From Verrucomicrobiota bacterium (GTDB lineage: Bacteria; Verrucomicrobiota; Verrucomicrobiia; Limisphaerales; CANJSG01): DNA of 60,280 nt. The DNA is taken from assembly GCA_038209745.1 (NCBI GenBank), contig JBBQXJ010000020.1, positions 1-60,280 of the forward strand, read 5' to 3'. Position numbers and translations under genes: made by a program. Below are positions 56,464 to 60,280 of this stretch, one piece after another (the stretch's first letter is position 1; every line of letters starts with the position of its first letter). A model generated the notes under the pieces. The model was not told the DNA's origin and ran no database searches. It was given only the letters and a program-made list of their open reading frames with translations.

Positions 56464-57659
56464 TGCGAGACTCCAACCCCAAGCCGATGGTGGCCATCGC
56501 CTGCGGTGGCACGGGCGGCCATCTCTTTCCCGGGGTGGCCGTGGCCGACCAGCTCCTGCTGCGTGGTGCGGACGTGACGCTGCTTGTCTCGCCGAAAGAG
56601 GTGGACCAACAGGTCGTCGGCACGCTTCGGGGTGTCGAGGTGGTCACGCTCCCGGCGGTCGGTCTGACCCGCGGGCGCTATCTTGCTTTCCTCTCCGGCT
56701 TCATCCGCTCCTACCGTCGTTCCCATGCCCTCTTCAGACGCATCCAGCCGGCCGCCGCCCTCGCGATGGGCGGCTTCACCAGTGCGGCTCCGGTTTTTGC
56801 GGCCCATCGCCGCGGCGTGAGGACCTGCCTGCACGAGTCGAACACCATTCCCGGGCGCGCCAATCGCTGGCTCGCCCATTGGGTCGACGATGCGTTCGTC
56901 TACTTCGACGGCGCGGCCCGGCGTTTGAAGGGCCCCCGCACCCATGTCGTCGGAATGCCCGTCCGGCCTCAGTTCGAAGGCATGGACGCCGAGTCCGCCC
57001 GGATCTCGCTCGGCCTCCGTCCGCAACGTCCGACGCTCCTGGTCATGGGTGGAAGCCAAGGCGCCTCCGGCATCAACCAGCTCGTCACCGGAGCTTTGCC
57101 GCTATTGAAAGAGCGTTTGTCCGACTGGCAGTTCATCCACCTGAGCGGTGTCGCCGACGTGGAATCGGTTCGCCAATGTTATGCCCGTCTCGGATTGACC
57201 GCCGTGGTCCGGCCCTTTCTCAGCGAGATGGAATACGCCCTCGGCGCGGCCACTCTCTGCGTCAGCCGTTCGGGGGCGTCCTCCCTGGCAGAACTCGCCG
57301 CCATGAACGTGCCGGCAGTGCTGATTCCCTATCCGACCGCGGCCGACGACCACCAGCGGGCCAACGCCCGTGCCTTCGTGGACACCGGCGCCGCTTGGCT
57401 GCTGGAACAGGGGAAGACCTCGCCGAAGGAACTGGCCGACCTGCTGTCGAAACTGGCCGCCGACGATGCGCTGCTCGGCTCGACGAAAGTGGCGCTCGAT
57501 CGCTGGCATTTTCCGGGCGCAGCCGAAGCGATCGCCGATTTCATCGCCCGCGAAGCCGGCATCAAACCGCGTGACTGGACGAAGCCGCAGCCAATGAGCC
57601 GCGAGGATTCCGGACACGGTAGATCATCGAATTCAAGGGAGCTGTGTCTCGCTCCGTGA
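56463..57659 (+). CDS. murG: Undecaprenyldiphospho-muramoylpentapeptide GlcNAc transferase
   Basis: GGTGGHLFPG, GGF.S, HESN..PG.AN, G.PVR, GGSQGA, RSGASS..E, HQ..NA. Confidence 0.95.
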   Translation: MRDSNPKPMVAIACGGTGGHLFPGVAVADQLLLRGADVTLLVSPKEVDQQVVGTLRGVEVVTLPAVGLTRGRYLAFLSGFIRSYRRSHALFRRIQPAAALAMGGFTSAAPVFAAHRRGVRTCLHESNTIPGRANRWLAHWVDDAFVYFDGAARRLKGPRTHVVGMPVRPQFEGMDAESARISLGLRPQRPTLLVMGGSQGASGINQLVTGALPLLKERLSDWQFIHLSGVADVESVRQCYARLGLTAVVRPFLSEMEYALGAATLCVSRSGASSLAELAAMNVPAVLIPYPTAADDHQRANARAFVDTGAAWLLEQGKTSPKELADLLSKLAADDALLGSTKVALDRWHFPGAAEAIADFIAREAGIKPRDWTKPQPMSREDSGHGRSSNSRELCLAP

Positions 57660-57661
57660 AC

Positions 57662-58606
57662 ATGACGACACTCGATCCAACGCTGAACTGCGACCGTTTG
57701 GCCACCCTCGCGCACGGGCTGCGGGCGCTGTTGACGCCGGGAACGGAGATCAGGACGCGTGAACCGCTCGCCAAACGGACCACGCTGCGCGTCGGGGGGG
57801 CGGCCGATCTCTTCGTCGAGCCTCAGACCGAAGGGGATCTTGGGCTTTTGCTCGGTTGGAGCGCGGACCATGGACTGCCCGTGACCGTCCTGGGCCGGGG
57901 CTCGAATCTGGTGGTCCGAGACGGCGGCATCCGCGGCGTCGTCCTGTCTTTGGCGCACGAGGGGCTGAGCCGGATCGAGGTGGACGGAACGCGGCTTCGC
58001 TGCGGCGCCGGTGCCCGGCTGAAAGCCGTCTCCAACGAGGCGCGGAAGGCGGGTTTGACCGGATTGGAGTTTCTCGAAGGCATCCCTGGCAGCGTCGGTG
58101 GCGCGTTGCGGATGAATGCCGGCGCGATGGGTTCGGAGACTTTCAAGTCGGTCGAGAGACTGCGGTTCATGGGCCCCGCCGGTGAGGTGTCCGACTTGGC
58201 CGTGTCCGAAGTGGCGGTCGAATACCGCTGCTGTCCGCTGTTGAAGACGCACATCGCGCTCGGCGCCGTTTTTGTCGGCCAACCTGCGACGCCCGAAGAG
58301 ATTCGGGCGCGCATGGACCAGTTCAACACCAAGCGCTGGACGACTCAGCCGCCCCAGCCCAGCGCCGGTTGCACCTTCAAGAACGCTCCGGCCCTCCCCA
58401 CTGGAAAACTGGTGGACGAGCTCGGACTCAAGGGCACGCACATCGGCGGCGCCATGGTGTCCGGTCTGCACGGCAATTTCATCGTGAACCTCGGGAACGC
58501 CACCGCGCGCGACGTGCTGGCGCTGATCGAGAAGGTCAAACAGTGCGCGCTGGACGAGCGCGGCATCGAGCTCCAGACCGAGGTCGAAATTCTGGGAGAA
58601 GACTGA
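57662..58606 (+). CDS. murB: UDP-N-acetylenolpyruvoylglucosamine reductase
   Basis: TTLRVGG.A, GRGSNL, GLEFLEGIPGSVGGALRMNAGA, SAGCTFKN, HGNFIVN, ELQTEV. Confidence 0.96.
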   Translation: MTTLDPTLNCDRLATLAHGLRALLTPGTEIRTREPLAKRTTLRVGGAADLFVEPQTEGDLGLLLGWSADHGLPVTVLGRGSNLVVRDGGIRGVVLSLAHEGLSRIEVDGTRLRCGAGARLKAVSNEARKAGLTGLEFLEGIPGSVGGALRMNAGAMGSETFKSVERLRFMGPAGEVSDLAVSEVAVEYRCCPLLKTHIALGAVFVGQPATPEEIRARMDQFNTKRWTTQPPQPSAGCTFKNAPALPTGKLVDELGLKGTHIGGAMVSGLHGNFIVNLGNATARDVLALIEKVKQCALDERGIELQTEVEILGED

Positions 58607-58607
58607 G

Positions 58608-59534
58608 ATGAGCGTGCTCAACATCGCGGTGTTCCTCGGTGGCCCGTCCGCCGAGCGCGACGTCTCGCTCCGGACCGGCCGGGCGGTGGCGCAAGCGTTG
58701 ACGTCTCTCGGCCATCGGGTGACGGAGATCGATCCCATGCCTGGCCGCCTGGAACTGCCGGCCGGGACGGACGTTGTCTTCCTCGCGTTGCACGGGACCT
58801 ATGGCGAGGACGGACTCGTGCAGCACGAGCTCGACGCGCTCGGCGTTCCCTACACGGGCTGCGATGCCGTCGCCAGCCGCATCGCCTTCGACAAGGTCCT
58901 GACCAAGCTCGCCTGTCTGCGGGACGGCGTGCCGACGGCGCCCTTCGCCGTGCTCCACGCCGGCACCCGTTCTTGGCCCGCCGGAATGCGACCTCCCGTG
59001 GTGATGAAGCCCGTCCGGCAGGGCTCCAGCGTGGGGTTGTATTTCCTGGACGATGAATCCGGCATGGCCGCCGCCTTGGACGGCGTGTTGAAGCACGACA
59101 CCGAGGCGTTGATGGAAGCCAGGATCGTCGGGCGCGAGACCACCGTCGGGATCGTCGACGGCAAGGCGCTCCCCGTCGTCGAAGTGCGGCCGCGACAGGG
59201 GAACTACGACTACACGAACAAGTACACCTCCGGCGCGACCGAATACCTCTGCCCTGCGCCGTTCGACGAAGCGACCACCCGCCGCATCCAAGCCGCCGGT
59301 CTCGGTGCGTTCCGCGCCATCGGAGGCCGCGACTATGCGCGGGTGGACGTGATGGTGACCCCCGATGGTGAACCGGTCGTCCTCGAAGTGAACACCTTGC
59401 CCGGCATGACCGAGACCAGCCTGTTGCCCAAGGCCGCCGTCGCCGCCGGCATCGGCTACCCGGATCTTTGCCAGCGGATGGTGAGCCTCGCCCTGCGTCG
59501 CAAGTCGGAATCCCCAGCTACCCTTGCCCGATGA
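58608..59534 (+). CDS. ddl: D-alanine--D-alanine ligase
   Basis: GGPSAERDVS, ALHG.YGEDG, KP...GSSVG, YDY.NKY, RVD, EVNTLPGMT..SL.P. Confidence 0.96.
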   Translation: MSVLNIAVFLGGPSAERDVSLRTGRAVAQALTSLGHRVTEIDPMPGRLELPAGTDVVFLALHGTYGEDGLVQHELDALGVPYTGCDAVASRIAFDKVLTKLACLRDGVPTAPFAVLHAGTRSWPAGMRPPVVMKPVRQGSSVGLYFLDDESGMAAALDGVLKHDTEALMEARIVGRETTVGIVDGKALPVVEVRPRQGNYDYTNKYTSGATEYLCPAPFDEATTRRIQAAGLGAFRAIGGRDYARVDVMVTPDGEPVVLEVNTLPGMTETSLLPKAAVAAGIGYPDLCQRMVSLALRRKSESPATLAR

Positions 59535-60280
59535 GCCTTCTGAAACGAACCAAACGAAAAAACCGGCGCGTGCCCCGCGACGTGAACCTCGATGTCCGGC
59601 TGAGCACCGACCAGGTGCGCTCGCGGCGGCTCCGCGTCACCGGCCGGGTGTTGAGCATCGTGTTCGCCTTCGCCGCCGTGGTCTTGACCCTCGCGTATGG
59701 CGGGAAAGTCGGCTTCAATTATTTTCTCTTCGAGAACCCCGCCTACACGCTGAAGCGCGTCCTGGTCACCACCGACGGCGCCATTTCCACCGAACTGCTG
59801 CGGGCGTGGATGAACTTCAAGCCCTCGCAGAACCTTTTCGCCCTCGACCTCGCACGGGTGAAGCGCGACCTCGAACTCATTCCCTGGGTCAAGCGCGCGG
59901 AGGTGGAGCGCATCCTGCCCGATACCGTGAAGGTGCGGGTGCTGGAGCGTGAGCCCGTCGCCCAGTTGGTCACCGCGGCCGCGATGCCCGACGGAAGCAT
60001 CCAACGCCTCGTCTACCACGTGGACGCCACCGGTTGGGTCATGCCCGAGCTGGACAACGCGCGGCGCGCTTTGCCACTGGCCGTGGCGGAAGTGTATCCC
60101 GTCATCACCGGTCTGCCGCTGACCGATGCGAGGGTCGGCCGCGTCCTCGATCAGCCCTCCGTCAAGGCCGCGCTCGATCTGATCCGCGAATTCGACATCT
60201 CGCCGATGGCCGGAATGGTCGAGCTCGCCGAGATCGATGTCAGCCGACCCGGAATTCTGCGCGTGCTGACCACCCAGCGG
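59531..60280 (+). CDS. ftsQ: Cell division protein FtsQ/DivIB (runs off the window end)
   Basis: Open frame from ATG 59531 (not in the ORF track because it has no stop in the window): MSLLKRTKRKNRR, TM, POTRA-like NLFALDL.RV..DLE.IPWVK.AEVER.LPDT..VRV.ER.P. Confidence 0.88.
   Translation, partial: MSLLKRTKRKNRRVPRDVNLDVRLSTDQVRSRRLRVTGRVLSIVFAFAAVVLTLAYGGKVGFNYFLFENPAYTLKRVLVTTDGAISTELLRAWMNFKPSQNLFALDLARVKRDLELIPWVKRAEVERILPDTVKVRVLEREPVAQLVTAAAMPDGSIQRLVYHVDATGWVMPELDNARRALPLAVAEVYPVITGLPLTDARVGRVLDQPSVKAALDLIREFDISPMAGMVELAEIDVSRPGILRVLTTQR

Overview
GC-rich bacterial chromosome segment. Gene content points to Verrucomicrobiota, probably Pedosphaerales/Limisphaerales-like (inference from Amuc_1098-1101-type genes, the DUF1552/DUF1592 pair, DUF1080 and exosortase/PEP-CTERM). 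In order it holds: (1) 0.4-10 kb, a surface-glycan/exosortase locus with GT9, APS kinase, sulfotransferase, exosortase, methyltransferase, WecB/TagA GT, EpsI-like protein, priming sugar transferase and UDP-glucuronate decarboxylase; (2) 10.2-19.6 kb, a pilus/secretin-like operon (PilM-PilN fusion, Amuc_1100-like, Amuc_1099-like, Gly-rich secretin) followed by a 7-repeat propeller protein and an apparent zinc-less matrixin-like protein; (3) lipA, an SLT-like protein, DUF1552/DUF1592 and DUF1080; (4) 26.4-41.2 kb, nuoB-N (no nuoA) behind a Rex/CRP-type palindrome, interrupted by a nucleotidyltransferase module, an antisense tRNA-Gln(CTG) with its own promoter, and a hicB-hicA pair; (5) a PEP-CTERM protein, a RibD-C protein and queA; (6) 44.5-60.3 kb, the dcw cluster from mraZ to ftsQ. 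The most striking observation is in the dcw cluster: murC is absent, MurE is an intact ORF with all catalytic motifs eroded, and MurD has altered substrate motifs, while MurB, MurF, Ddl, MraY, MurG, FtsW and FtsI look intact. No CRISPR array, integrase or transposase was seen. All calls come from reading motifs by eye, without database searches.
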